In this document: in pieces, positions 14,135 to 25,851 of the stretch
How the letters are laid out: every line of letters begins with the position of its first letter
Numbering within the stretch: the stretch's first letter is position 1
From: Eledone cirrhosa
Taxonomy: Eukaryota
NCBI GenBank assembly: GCA_964016885.1
Contig: OZ024742.1
Coordinates: 123,938,001 to 124,002,000 of the forward strand
Length of the DNA stretch: 64,000 nucleotides
Reading direction: 5' to 3'
Notes under the pieces: model-generated
Seen by the model: the letters and a program-made list of their open reading frames with translations, nothing else
Told to the model about the DNA's origin: nothing
The model's database searches: none
Position numbers and translations under genes: made by a program

Positions 14135-14247
14135 ACCTATACTCGAGTTTCGGCCACACTTAATGTAGCAAGAGAGCGTACAGCATCTACTGCCTGCATG
14201 TATTATGAAATAATACACAATCGCCGCATGTGGCTTCATCAGCGGGT
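14135..14247 (-). ncRNA. Type I hammerhead-like ribozyme with greatly enlarged helix II (copy 1)
   Basis: Minus strand: acccg CTGATGA agccacat ...about 65 nt... gtgtggcc GAAA ctcgag TA taggt. Palindromic helix III (CTCGAG), GUA cleavage triplet, helix I imperfect. Confidence 0.6.
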
Positions 14248-14973
14248 TTCGCCTAATCAATAACCAATCAATCTAAAGCATTCGATTCCAATCCGTGCCG
14301 CCTATGGCAGTAAATGCGATAGACGACACGGTAGTACATTAGTAACTGAAATCCCTACGCGTCATCAAAATACCGTCAACCGATTGGCCACTGGTTCAGA
14401 AATTTACGTAATCGTAGGAGTCGAGATTCTATTCTTCGGCCCCCCCCCCATAAGAACTCACCAATATATCTCAAGTCAAACAAATTAGCAAGTGAATGAA
14501 AAAATCGGTCATTAGAGAAAATCTGTCTCTATCGCTGTACAATAAAATGGTAGCATTCGGCTCTAGTCTCCGAGAACCATGGCGGATACGGTGCGACAGT
14601 AAACGATAGTAGTACCTAAGACCTTTCCGGACATTAAATGCCTACATGCAATTAGACAGTGATATAGAATTGGCACGCTGGTTAGAATTTGAATTCGGGA
14701 TATTTCGACCAACCACGTGCGTAAAACGATCAATTTCACAACTTGTACCTGCCAATAGGTGAGTGAGAGGAAAGATAGAACAGGAATTAGAGCGTATATT
14801 AACCAAAACGCAATAGAAAATGTGGACAATTACTCAACTTACTCTCATTGTAAATCCACTAGTACAGGTTGCATCTCAGCGTACTCACTAGGTAAGGTTA
14901 TGTAAAAATCCGAGAGTTGACAAAAAGTTATTTGCCTCAATACAACACACGGAAATGGGTACTATAAATTTAT

Positions 14974-15086
14974 GCCTGTATCGAGTTTCAGCCACACTTA
15001 ACGCAGCAAAGGAGCGTACATATTCCGGCTGTTTGCATTTATTGTACAGTAATGCACAATCGGCACATGTGGCTTCATCAGCGGTT
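14974..15086 (-). ncRNA. Type I hammerhead-like ribozyme with enlarged helix II (copy 2)
   Basis: Minus strand: aaccg CTGATGA agccacat ... gtgtggct GAAA ctcga TA caggc. Helix II base is 8 bp (agccacat/gtgtggct). Helices I and III are decayed. Confidence 0.55.
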
Positions 15087-15271
15087 TTCGCCTAATCAAT
15101 AACCAATTAATTGACATAATTCGATTTCAGTCCGTGCCGCATATGGCAGTAAATACGACAGGCGACGCAATAGTACATTAGTAACTGAAATCCGAACGTG
15201 TCATCGAAATAGCATCAACCGATTGGCTACCGGTTCAGAAATTTCTCTCTCTCTATCTCTCCCTCTCTCTC

Positions 15272-15353
<82 letters not shown>

Positions 15354-15356
<3 letters not shown>

Positions 15357-15524
15357 ATAATAATAAATTTGAAGACTAAAATCCAAAGAGTGCTCGATAA
15401 GGATAAATATATATCAAATATATAAGAACCGTAGAGCAAATATTTATTAAAATAACAGATTAAAGTGTAAGCAAAGATGTAAGCGATTCTTTGCTTAAAC
15501 TTTAATCTGTTATTTTAATAAATA
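15354..15524. mobile_element. Short (TA)n insert with 37-bp fold-back
   Basis: tatttattaaaataacagattaaagtgtaagcaaaga / tctttgcttaaactttaatctgttattttaataaata (15441-15524). One arm recurs at about 26257-26294. Confidence 0.65.
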
Positions 15525-15526
15525 AA

Positions 15527-15560
<34 letters not shown>

Positions 15561-15664
15561 AATATTTCGTATCTCCAAGGAAATACGGTTTTAGGAAGCC
15601 GTAGCTATGCAAACACCGGGGGGCTAATGCCTTCCAGTGATGTCCAGCAGAAGCAAGGGGGACA

Positions 15665-15708
15665 ACCGTCTATGCATTTCAGGCTCAACTGGTCTTCGTC
15701 AGAACGGT
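15665..15708 (-). ncRNA. Minimal type I hammerhead ribozyme (Penelope-type)
   Basis: Minus strand: accgtt CTGACGA agac-cagttga-gcct GAAA tgca TA gacggt. 6-bp helix I, intact core, palindromic TGCA helix III, one mismatch in helix II. Confidence 0.85.
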
Positions 15709-16039
15709 CTCTCCCACCACTTGCGACTGCTGGACTAGAAGACAGGCGAGAATATATACTTTTCTCGTCTGTTTAAATGAGGTGATTAATCTCATTTGCA
15801 TATGAAGCTGCATAAATTGGCTCAACTTATAATAAAAAAGAAATAGGATTTCGCTTCAAGCATAGCTTTATACAATATGTATAAATATTTCGTATCTCCG
15901 GGACGGACTTTTTTATTATAAGTTGAGCCAACTTATGCAGCTTCATATGGAAATGAGATTAATCACCTCATTTACACAGACGAGAAAACTATATATTCTC
16001 GCCTGTCTTCTAGTCCAGCAGTCGCAAGCGGTGGGAGGG

Positions 16040-16083
16040 ACCATCCTGACGAAGGCCAGTTAAGCTTCAAATGCATAGACGGT
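16040..16083 (+). ncRNA. Minimal hammerhead, second copy, core mutated (GAAA>CAAA)
   Basis: accatc CTGACGA aggc-cagttaa-gctt CAAA tgca TA gacggt. Consensus with the first copy restores helix II aggc/gcct. Confidence 0.7.
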
Positions 16084-16229
16084 TGTCCCCCTTGCTTCTG
16101 CTGGACATCATCAAAGGGCGTTAGCCCCCTGGTGTTTGCATAGCTACGGTTTCCTAAAACCGTATTTCCTTGGAGATACGAAATATTTATACATATTGTA
16201 TAAAGCTATGCTTGAAGCGAAATCCTATT

Positions 16230-16270
<41 letters not shown>

Positions 16271-16317
16271 AAGGAAAAGCGAAGTAGTTTCAGATGTTCA
16301 AGTCCTTTAATAATAAT

Positions 16318-16502
16318 TGTTTCTACTTTAGGCACAAGGCCAGCAATTACCCAGTGCATTACTCGTACTTTATTTTATCGACCCCGTAAGGATGAAAGGC
16401 AAAATCAACCTCGGCGGGATTTGAACTCAGATCGTAAAGGGACGTAACTATGCTGGAAAGCATGGCGTCCGACCCTCTACCGATACTGCCAATCCACCGC
16501 CC
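16318..16502 (-). mobile_element. tRNA-derived SINE, young full-length copy
   Basis: 17-bp TSD agtcctttaataataat at 16301-16317 and 16503-16519. Inserted just 3' of a hammerhead. Confidence 0.95.
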
Positions 16503-16519
16503 AGTCCTTTAATAATAAT

Positions 16520-16591
16520 GCTGTGATATATTTCAATGACGACACTGGCCACACTGTTCTGTGTGCGAGTGTCGTGTCATCATCAGACAGC
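16520..16591 (-). ncRNA. Type I hammerhead ribozyme with long helix II
   Basis: Minus strand: gctgt CTGATGA t gacacgacact..cacac/gtgtg..agtgtcgtcatt GAAA tata TC acagc. Perfect 5-bp helix I, palindromic helix III, AUC triplet. Confidence 0.8.
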
Positions 16592-17210
16592 TTGTTACAT
16601 AATAAGGTTATGTTTCCGAGGCAATCCAAATTGAATCGACATGGGAGCGGATGAATTGCGTGCTTTTGGGTTTTTCATCCGTTCCCTTGTGAGTACCAAT
16701 TCACCCCCTCGGTCTGCGCAAGGGCATGTCCGAAGGAAGTTGACCATTAGCCACCGCAGATTTCAACGAAATTCGCTTAGTCAGTTCACGCTCTCAGCCA
16801 AACAATGGCCCACCCATGCCTGTACTATATTTTACTGCTACGCATCACGACTGTGGCAGTCAGCCGAAGGCCAGAGGTGATGGGAGTGCGTTAGTTTTTA
16901 CAGGTCATATTACTACCTCTCACTAAGCGTTGACAGTACGACTGACCATCAACTCATGAGGGAAAATAAATTTAATTCTAGGTATCATGGTTTTACATTG
17001 TAAGTTAAGAGTGAGAGTTGGAAATAAAAATAAAAAATTAAAATCATAAATCAAATATCAGAAATTATAAATTAAACAATTAAAAAAATAACAATTAGAA
17101 ATGAAAAAATTTAAAACATTAAAATAATTTCCTATGTGGAAAAAGTACGTTGAGTGCTTGAATTGAATTGCATCAATGTTTACCCTTATATATATATATT
17201 TATATATATA

Positions 17211-17239
<29 letters not shown>

Positions 17240-17247
<8 letters not shown>

Positions 17248-17448
17248 ATACTTGGGGAGGGTCATATTTATGTAATATAGCCAGAATTAATAACAGAACA
17301 CACTCACTGTTTCGTTGGTTTTTGCTTCTATATATATATAGTGAGTGTGTTCTGTTATTAATTCTGGCAATATTACACAAATATGACCCTCCCCAAGTAT
17401 AACAATATTTGTTTCGACACACGATTTCATATAAAAACCCTCGCAAAA

Positions 17449-17450
<2 letters not shown>
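17240..17450. mobile_element. Fold-back insert in (TA)n, about 68-bp arms
   Basis: tattgttatacttggggagggtcatattt...cacactcact vs agtgagtgtg...aaatatgaccctccccaagtataacaata (17240-17408). Related copy at about 18570-18650. Confidence 0.8.
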
Positions 17451-17500
<50 letters not shown>

Positions 17501-17519
17501 GAGAGAGAGAGAGAGAGAA

Positions 17520-17731
17520 TGTGTGTATGATAGTGTCTATGGTGCTGAGACAGGGAGACCACAAAGCAGGCGTGTATAGTTTAATTTAGTAAAATATATC
17601 CAAAGTTGTCACAGAATTTAGTTAAATTCACATTTATTTACATATATCGAATAGGCGCGTTTCATCGAGTCATTTATTAACTCAGTCAGTTTCTCAGTAC
17701 CCCATCCTGGTTAACAAAGATATTGAACTGA
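17520..17731 (-). mobile_element. Microsatellite insert with decayed hammerhead (17649-17702)
   Basis: Minus strand: gta CTGAGAA actgactgagtt..tgactcgat GAAA CGCG cc tattc. CGCG palindromic helix III is typical of PLE hammerheads. Confidence 0.45.
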
Positions 17732-17749
17732 TATATATATATATATATA

Positions 17750-18084
17750 TGATAATAATGGAGCTGCGGCGCTGCAAATGGGTTACATATGAAAAAGTTT
17801 GTCCTCATCAGTGGCCATCCAACCGTCGTAGGCATTTCGTCGCATTAAAGGCCATATACTTCAGGTTGGTGCGAACAACGGCTAAAAAAAAGTCGTTGGG
17901 ACACGTAAATAAAGGGTACGCTAGGGTAAACAAACAAAAACCATTTTGTTTGTTTACCCTAGCGTTCCCTTTATTTACGTGTCCCAACGATTTTTTTTAG
18001 CCGTTGCTCGCACCAACCTGAGGTATATGGCCTTTAATGCGACGAAATGCCTACGACGGTTGGATGGCCACTGATGAGGACAAA

Positions 18085-18089
<5 letters not shown>
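17750..18089. mobile_element. Fold-back insert in (TA)n, about 147-bp arms
   Basis: Arms 17793-17939 and 17944-18089 with a few mismatches. Right arm has ccaacCTGAGG...gacGAAAtgc...ggttgg and CTGATGAggac. A non-inverted family member is at 40755-41085. Confidence 0.88.
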
Positions 18090-18135
<46 letters not shown>

Positions 18136-18420
18136 CAACGCGGCTGGACTGCCGGTCGCTATATTTGATTTGCAAAGCTGTCGACACGTACTCTTATAAT
18201 TCTGGGGTATTATTCTCCATCGAGTGCTAAAGCTACATTCCGAATCTGCATTCGTTAGCTTAGCCACAGCCTAAAGCTTCATTAATGGTGTAATATAATG
18301 TATATATATGTATATATATATATATACATATATATATATAAATATATAAATGAATAAATAAATAAACAGATTAAATAAAGGTAGCGTAGACATACAATAC
18401 AACAGGAGGAAACATAATAG

Positions 18421-18470
18421 CATCACTGACGATGTTGCAGATGCGCAACGAAATAACTTTGTTAGACTGT
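18421..18470 (+). ncRNA. Decayed hammerhead motif in a (TA)n insert (about 18380-18650)
   Basis: CTGACGA t gttgc-agatgc-gcaac GAAA taac-ttt-gtta. Cleavage triplet and helix I are decayed. Confidence 0.5.
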
Positions 18471-18648
18471 ATATATGTGTTTGTGTCTATATTATATCTG
18501 TATTTTTGACCGTTGATCAGTCAATGGTAAACACGGAGGACCGAATAAATTAACTGATATACAAGATACAAAAGCGAAAACCAACCAAACAGTGGGTTTG
18601 TCCTGTTATATATACTGGCAATATTATTAAAACAATATGACCCTCCCC

Positions 18649-18684
<36 letters not shown>

Positions 18685-18766
18685 ATGTGTGTGTGTGTTT
18701 GTGTGTGTACGTGTATGTGTGTGTGTGTGCGTATGTGTGTGTGTGGGTGTGGGTGTATGTGTGTAT

Positions 18767-18845
<79 letters not shown>

Positions 18846-18879
18846 AGTGTGTTATTAGGATTGGTGCTCTGCAATAGCG

Positions 18880-19080
18880 ATATATACATGAATGTATGTA
18901 TAGTATATTTGGCACTATATCTTATGTTTATTAAAAAAATTCAGAATACTATACGCTATGAGTTTTAAAGTAGTGACATAATCACTACTTTAAAACTGAT
19001 AGCGTATGGTCTTCTAAATGTTTTTAATTAAACATACGATATATTGCCAAATATACTATACATACATTCATATACATATA
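18880..19080. repeat. Fold-back, about 97-bp arms, in TA-rich context
   Basis: tgaatgtatgtatagtatatttggca...gttttaaagtagtga-cataa-tcactactttaaaac...tgccaaatatactatacatacattca. Confidence 0.8.
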
Positions 19081-19779
19081 TATATTTACAGAGAGAGAGA
19101 GAGAGAGAGAGAGACTATCGTTATTTTACTTATACTTAACTGTTTTCAAGACTGATTATACCTGTTTAGATTCTTATGGTCATATATGTCAGAAATAATT
19201 ACTACGATAACAAGCAAACAATATTGTTAAAAGAATAATATTAGATTATTACCCTGTGAAGATAGTATTATAAACCAAAATTAGTAAGTCTAATGTTTTT
19301 CATATAATTTAATAACTTAAAGCTAGCAATATGAACATTCCTATGCTTGTGACGTCAGTATTTACTTAAAAATTAAAATTGTAAACAATACCGTCTATGC
19401 ACACATGCACAATATACGCAAGAATAATTATATCAAACATCTGCATAGATACGGCTAAACAAACATGTCTAACAATATGTTTGTTTAGTGATTGAAAAAT
19501 TACGTCTGTGTTGACGAAATATTTAATATCTAAAATTATTTACTTTTTCTCATTTAATTTTTAAACTAAACGATTTATTTGAAATATGCTTAAAATGACT
19601 AATATCTATCTATATATATATTTAGAACGAATATAATTTTTGATTTTGGTGTGCAAAATATAAACTACAAAATAGTCAAAAATCAAACGAAAGTAATATT
19701 TAAGATAAATAACACGAGAAAAGTTGGACTAAAATATGTGTACCTATAGCTAATATTGTATTTCTGAAGTTTATTTATA

Positions 19780-20650
19780 CATAAGTCATATAGAAATGGG
19801 GAATAAGCTTTCAACTAAAAGATTCATCAACTGAACCACCTAGCATCTTTACAGCTCACCTTGCTTCTCATTTTAAAAAGATCCATTATATGCTTATTTT
19901 GCCTCTCTATTTTACTGTAGGAATTACTAGATACTTACCCCATATCGCTATGGCTTTCTAGCTCTATAAGTCCATTTCAATTTATTAAATAAATAAATAA
20001 GTAAATAGAGAGAAAGAACACCACCCACATCCTAACGCATTGAAACCATCCACCAGACATAATTAGACCAATATTTCAACTGTAATGTTTTAAATCAGAC
20101 CACCTCTATTATAACTAGTCTGGCTTCAGTAATGATTATTAAGTGTTTACTTGGAGAAGACTCCCATTCACAACACACCAGAGTAGAACTTCAAAGAATA
20201 ATGTAATCGGATTTATTAATCCGGATAAAATTGGCGTCAAGACGAATAAAACCAGATATTTTTCTAACTCTAATAAAGCAATCGAAATCACCACTTGCAC
20301 CGAAAAGACGACTTCTCAGATAAGTGACTACTATCGAAAACACTTATCCACACAAGGAGAATCTCAGTGTACGACTAGAATAATGTCTGTGTAACCTTAG
20401 AAGAGATACTACTTTTACAAAACTGTTGCAATCGAACGACTATAATAGATGTGGATGACATTGACTACGAGTTATCGCGACTTACTGACAGTTCAACTTG
20501 TTACTACCAGCATACCAATGAGAAGGTTATTCTATATGCCAATGGAACATTGTTTAACCAAGAAGATGCAGATATTCAGACTGCTATCGTCTAACCCATG
20601 CTAGCCTAGAAAAATGGACGTTATATGGAGATGATGTTGAGGATGATTTG
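19780..20650 (+). mobile_element. Degenerate LINE remnant with RTE-type 3' tail
   Basis: ctaacccatgctagc...aatggacgtta..gatgatg at 20591-20647 resembles the RTE tail at 34895-34960. Confidence 0.45.
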
Positions 20651-20769
20651 TGTGTGTGTTTAATTTGTTGTTTAGCAAACGTGAGGTAGGGAGCTTAAAA
20701 CATCAAATTTATGTAGTATATACCGTGTAAAATGTCTGCGAAGTGGAGAGAGGGTGTTAGGGAGCAGTA

Positions 20770-21070
20770 TTGGCGGTGGTGGCAACACCGTTGGGAGTAT
20801 TGGTGGAGAGTCGGACAACATACTTGGCTGCATAGAGTTACGGCACTTTACGTTCTGAGTTAAAATCCCACCGAGGTTAGATTTACCTTTCACCCTTACG
20901 GGGTCGTGGAGTCAATTTATTGGACTTTCACCTCCCACAAAAAAAACTACTGGCCTTGTGTCTATATCAGAAACTATTATTTTACTCTCACATTTTAAAA
21001 GAAATGGCATTAAAGTACCACTAATGTACTCGGCTGATTGCTGGCCTTGTGCCACAAGTAGAAACAACTA
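20770..21070 (+). mobile_element. Diverged SINE copies
   Basis: ttctgagttaaaatcccaccgaggtt..tttcacccttacggggtcg and two ggccttgtg..gaaac ends. Confidence 0.75.
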
Positions 21071-21263
21071 TATGAGTGTGTGAGAGACAGAGAGAGAGAG
21101 TTAACGAAAAGGGGAAATTACTTTTAAATATCTGGCGTATGAAAGTGAATTGTATGAATGTGTGTGTAAAAGAGAGAGAGCGAGAGAGGCAGCTATATAT
21201 ATATATATATATAAAATAAAGTTAAATAAAAAGTCAAATGATTAAAATTTAGCTTCGTTTATT

Positions 21264-21318
21264 GCTGCTATATATATTTCAGTGACAGCCATCTTTGGCT
21301 GTGACCTCTTCAGGCAGT
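21264..21318 (-). ncRNA. Type I hammerhead ribozyme in an insert between (TA)n and (TC)n (21213-21436)
   Basis: Minus strand: ctgc CTGAAGA ggtcacagcc-aaagat-ggctgtcact GAAA tatata TA gcag, followed by aataaa. Core intact. Confidence 0.85.
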
Positions 21319-21431
21319 TTGAATTAGTATGGTATAGACAAGTACATATGTTGTTGTGGTGTATAATATTGTCAATACTCTGATATGCCCAGTTCCTGGT
21401 TGGGTTGTTATTTCACTGAGGAACTGGAATC

Positions 21432-21555
<124 letters not shown>

Positions 21556-23728
21556 TGTTTAGTGTTTGCGTTATCTGAATTTTCAGTTCTCGTTGAAAGT
21601 GGATGATAAGTTTTGGAGGCGCGGAGTGAGAGAAAGTACTATGATAAATGAGGAGTTACTTTTTAAATAGTCGGCTACGCAGTGGAAAGGGGGTTGTAAA
21701 TTTGTGTGAGAGTTAGAGAGCGAGACAGGTTCGGTGATGGTGGGCTGAAACTGTTTTTCTCCTTTTTTAAGATGTCTTTATGGAAACAGCATACTATGTT
21801 TGACAGAGAAACGTGAGATGTAGAGACTAAAATAGAAATTATTTTACAAAATAATATTCTTTAATCTTAAAATATATAGGAGTAAATTATTCCATTTCCG
21901 TAAATTCAGTCATTTGCTAAATTTATTCGATATATTTTGTTCTGTTGCACATATGTAGAGTATTGCATATATTATTTGTTTAGAATATCATATTGTTGCT
22001 TAGTGGCTGTTTATAATTAAACTGTTGAATCCTTACGTTGTCACTAATTATTTTAGAACACACTGTTATGTATAGATTTCATGTGGTGATTTTACCTGTG
22101 TATTTTCACTAGTCATAATCCAGTTACTTTTCCGGTTACAAAGCCTTCATACACGAAAATCATATATCATAACCAGTCATTCTGAGATGGGAAATATGGT
22201 TAGTCTCCGATGATAAGGTCGATAAGAAACACCAGCACATATCCACTGTTCCATTTCATGATCAGAAATATTACCGAATGCATTATTTCATTTTCTCTTA
22301 CATTCCGGGCTTTTTTTTCATGAAGAAATATTTCCTCTATTCTCTATATGGTCGAAGTGATAACATACAACTGTCTTTTAAAGCAGTAATATAAAATTCC
22401 TTCTTTTAAATAATTATTGATAAGACATTCATTTAAAGTCAGTGAAGATTCCCATGACGCTGTAAATCTTCTATTTCATTATTCTTTTATAGTAATACAG
22501 CTTAATGACAAATCTTTCAAATAAAAGCTTTATTAGTCATACTTTGTTTGTTTGTTCCATTGTTTTATATTTTGTTTACCTCTTTGAATTGTTTACAATA
22601 TTTTCAAATTCAATATCTTTTCGTGCTGCTTAACAAATAATACTTTTGTTACCATATATTATGTGAAGATTAAAGCTTTTAATTTTGTCTCCAATATTTA
22701 CAAGATAAAAAAGAATTATAAAAAATAAATTATGTTTTGGTTTAAATTAGATTCCAAATATTAATGTGCGAGCTAAATTCAATATTACTAAAAAAAACAA
22801 AAACAAAACAACAATTGGTATCCCATTGGAATATAATTTGGAGTACACTGTCCGTCATATAAACGCATTTCTCATGTAATATATATAAATTTTATTCTGG
22901 TATTTAGGATGTTATTCAATATCATATATTCGTAGTTCGAATATCAGACATGAATAGTTTAGTAATTCTTTAGTACATTTATGTACTATACATATGAAGT
23001 AAGATCTAAAGTTTATCACAGTGTTATTTATTTATTTATGTAATCAATACGAATGTTTGTATTGGGTTATTAAACCTATGACAAACTAGGGGGAGTATCT
23101 AGTACTTCTTACAGTTGAAAAAAAAAACCCAACCAAAATGTATATCTTGAATAGCCTTACAAGGAATCACTCTGCGCGCGTGGAAATTCACATTTTCTCA
23201 TAGACTTTTCCTGCATAATGTTATGGGACATAAATTCTGAATGTGTATTTCAACTAATATAGCATTATAGCAGAAATATGACCCTTCCGAACATTTTTTT
23301 GTTTCAGTAACAATACTGTATAATGTATGAAAAGGAAGACCTATGTTTTTGACATGTACTAATACAAACTTCCAACGACAATATTAGATCTTGCGCTTTA
23401 TTTAATGAAATCAACAACCCAGCCAATAAATTCTATGTGATTTAGACCGACACTGATTTTCGGATAAACCTGTTTATGTATGTTATCGACTTTCGCATAC
23501 TCCATAGCCTTATATAAAGTAGGGGTGTAGCAAATTGCTTATAATTAAAAGGTGAAGTTGCCTTCGTGGCGGGAAACTATACGAAATTGCAAAAACATAT
23601 TTGATTTTGTGGTTTATCTGCTTTAATATTTAAGTACAATACTTATATTTGTCGAACCTGGAAAGCCACGCGGACACATAGAGTGAAAACCGCATTTATA
23701 GATTTTTCATAACTTTCCCTTTTATATA

Positions 23729-23920
23729 CGAGGGTCGGTTGAAAAGTTCATACACTGTCTAAGATATTTTATAGAATTACCAGGGTTTATTTTTCTACTT
23801 ACTCCTGGGGAAGTAACAATGCAATTATTAATAAGAAGAGTTGAAATTAATGCATACAAGATTTCACTACCCTAACATCACTCCTTCATAGTAAGCTTAT
23901 TAACATTTCAACGACCCTCG
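23729..23920. mobile_element. Tc1/mariner-type MITE
   Basis: TIRs cgagggtcggttgaaa / tttcaacgaccctcg with TA on both sides (23727-28, 23921-22). Confidence 0.8.
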
Positions 23921-24033
23921 TATGCTATATCTACAACTAATTTTGAATTTAATGCATACGCTGTAAAATAATGCTAGCGGTATTTCTAATGCATAATATT
24001 ATATCGGTGTAGAACAAATGTTATTGCAGGCAT

Positions 24034-24137
<104 letters not shown>

Positions 24138-25725
24138 TATTATACACGGAACATAGTTTCATATACAACAATACAGCAACACGATTCAACGGATTAAAAT
24201 AGCAATATATAAGCATAGCATTTAAAATTAAAGAATAAACATAACATAATATTTAGGTTTTTTTTTACCTGAAAGCAAAACTGAACGGACGGAGGAAATG
24301 TGTAAACCTGGCGAAGGAATAATACGAAAAGAAGGGAAGTGAATAAGAAAGCGCGTGTATGTGAAATGGTGATCATGTTAGAAAAACTGTGAGTGAGTGG
24401 CATTGGTCATTGTGAGGTAAGAAAGGGTCAATTCATAGAGGAGTAAACTGTGTGGTGTAATATATGTGGAGATGTGTCTGTCCGCGTTTGTATCCTTAGA
24501 TAATGAATAAATATTCTTTGCGTGATGCGGCGCACATTAGAAAATAAAAAGATTAAACTAATGTATGTTTAACCACTTTTTATAAGGAGTAAATGAGATA
24601 ATGTATTAATTCTAATACATGCATTGTTTTGCACATTATTTATATAAGCGTGGTCGTCTTACTTGAGTTACTGTTCGTATTTGATGTAAATGGCGTTTGA
24701 ACATAAATCCTTTTGTGGACCAATGTATAAGTGTACACATGTACAGACGCAAAAACCCAAATGCGAGAAAAGGCCAATTTTAATTATAATTGGATATGAG
24801 ATTTTCTGCCATCCAAGCATGGCATTTTTCTTTCATTGGGGCATTGTGACATGAAAATCGGCAAGTATTTCATTCAAAAAGTTCACCAACGTCGAAGGAC
24901 ATGCCTGCTTGAATCCTGCAGTTGCTAATAAGTTTTCCCTTTATTTCATCTCCCACAAACGCCACTAGTATGTTGATGTTGCTTGTTACCTCCCCATTCT
25001 CACCACCGACACGTTTATTTTGTAAATAACAGTTTACCTTTCTCTTTTCCGCTCACCTTTATTTCTATCAGATTGTGTGATGGCAACGGCTTGTAAAGTC
25101 TTTATAATCATCATCCCTTCATCTATCAAAATATTTTACGAACTATGAGCATCGTATTTGTGGAATAGTTATATCAGCTGTTGACTACGTTTACGTATAC
25201 ATTATGCGATGTTTCAATGAACTTATCTATTTTGGAATGTTTGACAGTGTTTATAATTGTTTCACAAACGTTTTACAAATACATTATTGGCTGGGCCAGA
25301 AATAAGGGAATATAGATATACAGAGGTGAGTTGGATAAGAACAGAAAAATGATACAGAGAAATGCAAGAATAACGCAATCTGTTTAAGAGAAAGAAATAA
25401 CAGCAAAGAATATTGCCATAAGAGAGAGTAGGAAACAATAAGACCGCTACTCCTTAGTGGCACTTGAGAGGGATATATTATCAGAGAAATATTTATAACA
25501 GTTGTAGACCTTTCTTATCGAACAGGCCATTCCTCCTCCGGAAAATATCTAGATGAAATCCTGTTAGCAGATTTTACATGTTGGGAACATCTAAGAACAG
25601 AAATAGGTCCACGTACTCAATTACATCAACGATCTTGTTATAATGCATTTCGCCCTCCCTCTTTATTGAGAAATGTTTACTATATTATTAACTATAACTG
25701 TGACCCGTGGAATATCAGCTTTTGA

Positions 25726-25851
<126 letters not shown>

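Larger units (their letters stand above)
14018..15244 (-). mobile_element. Non-coding element with two roughly 385-bp direct repeats (period 840 bp), each containing a hammerhead motif; retrozyme/PLE-like
   Basis: actagtac(c/a)ggttgcatctcagcgtactca at 14018 and 14858. Similarity continues to ggttcagaaattt at 14405 and 15244. Unique spacer of about 450 bp. Confidence 0.8.
15555..16235. mobile_element. Head-to-head dimer of a 323-nt hammerhead-containing unit in (TA)n
   Basis: Left part = A+B+start of A (15558 and 15881 both begin at(g/a)aatatttcgtatctcc). Right part 15908-16235 = reverse complement of B+A. (TA)n on both sides. Confidence 0.9.
16266..16960 (-). mobile_element. Non-coding PLE/retrozyme-like element (SINE-interrupted) ending at (TA)n
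   Basis: GC-richer non-coding body upstream of the hammerhead at 16520-16591. The 3' end abuts the (TA)n at 16236-16265. Confidence 0.55.

Noticed and set aside
16318-16502. SINE heads as tRNA genes
   Set aside because: A and B boxes are present but there is no cloverleaf, and they are attached to a SINE body with TSDs.
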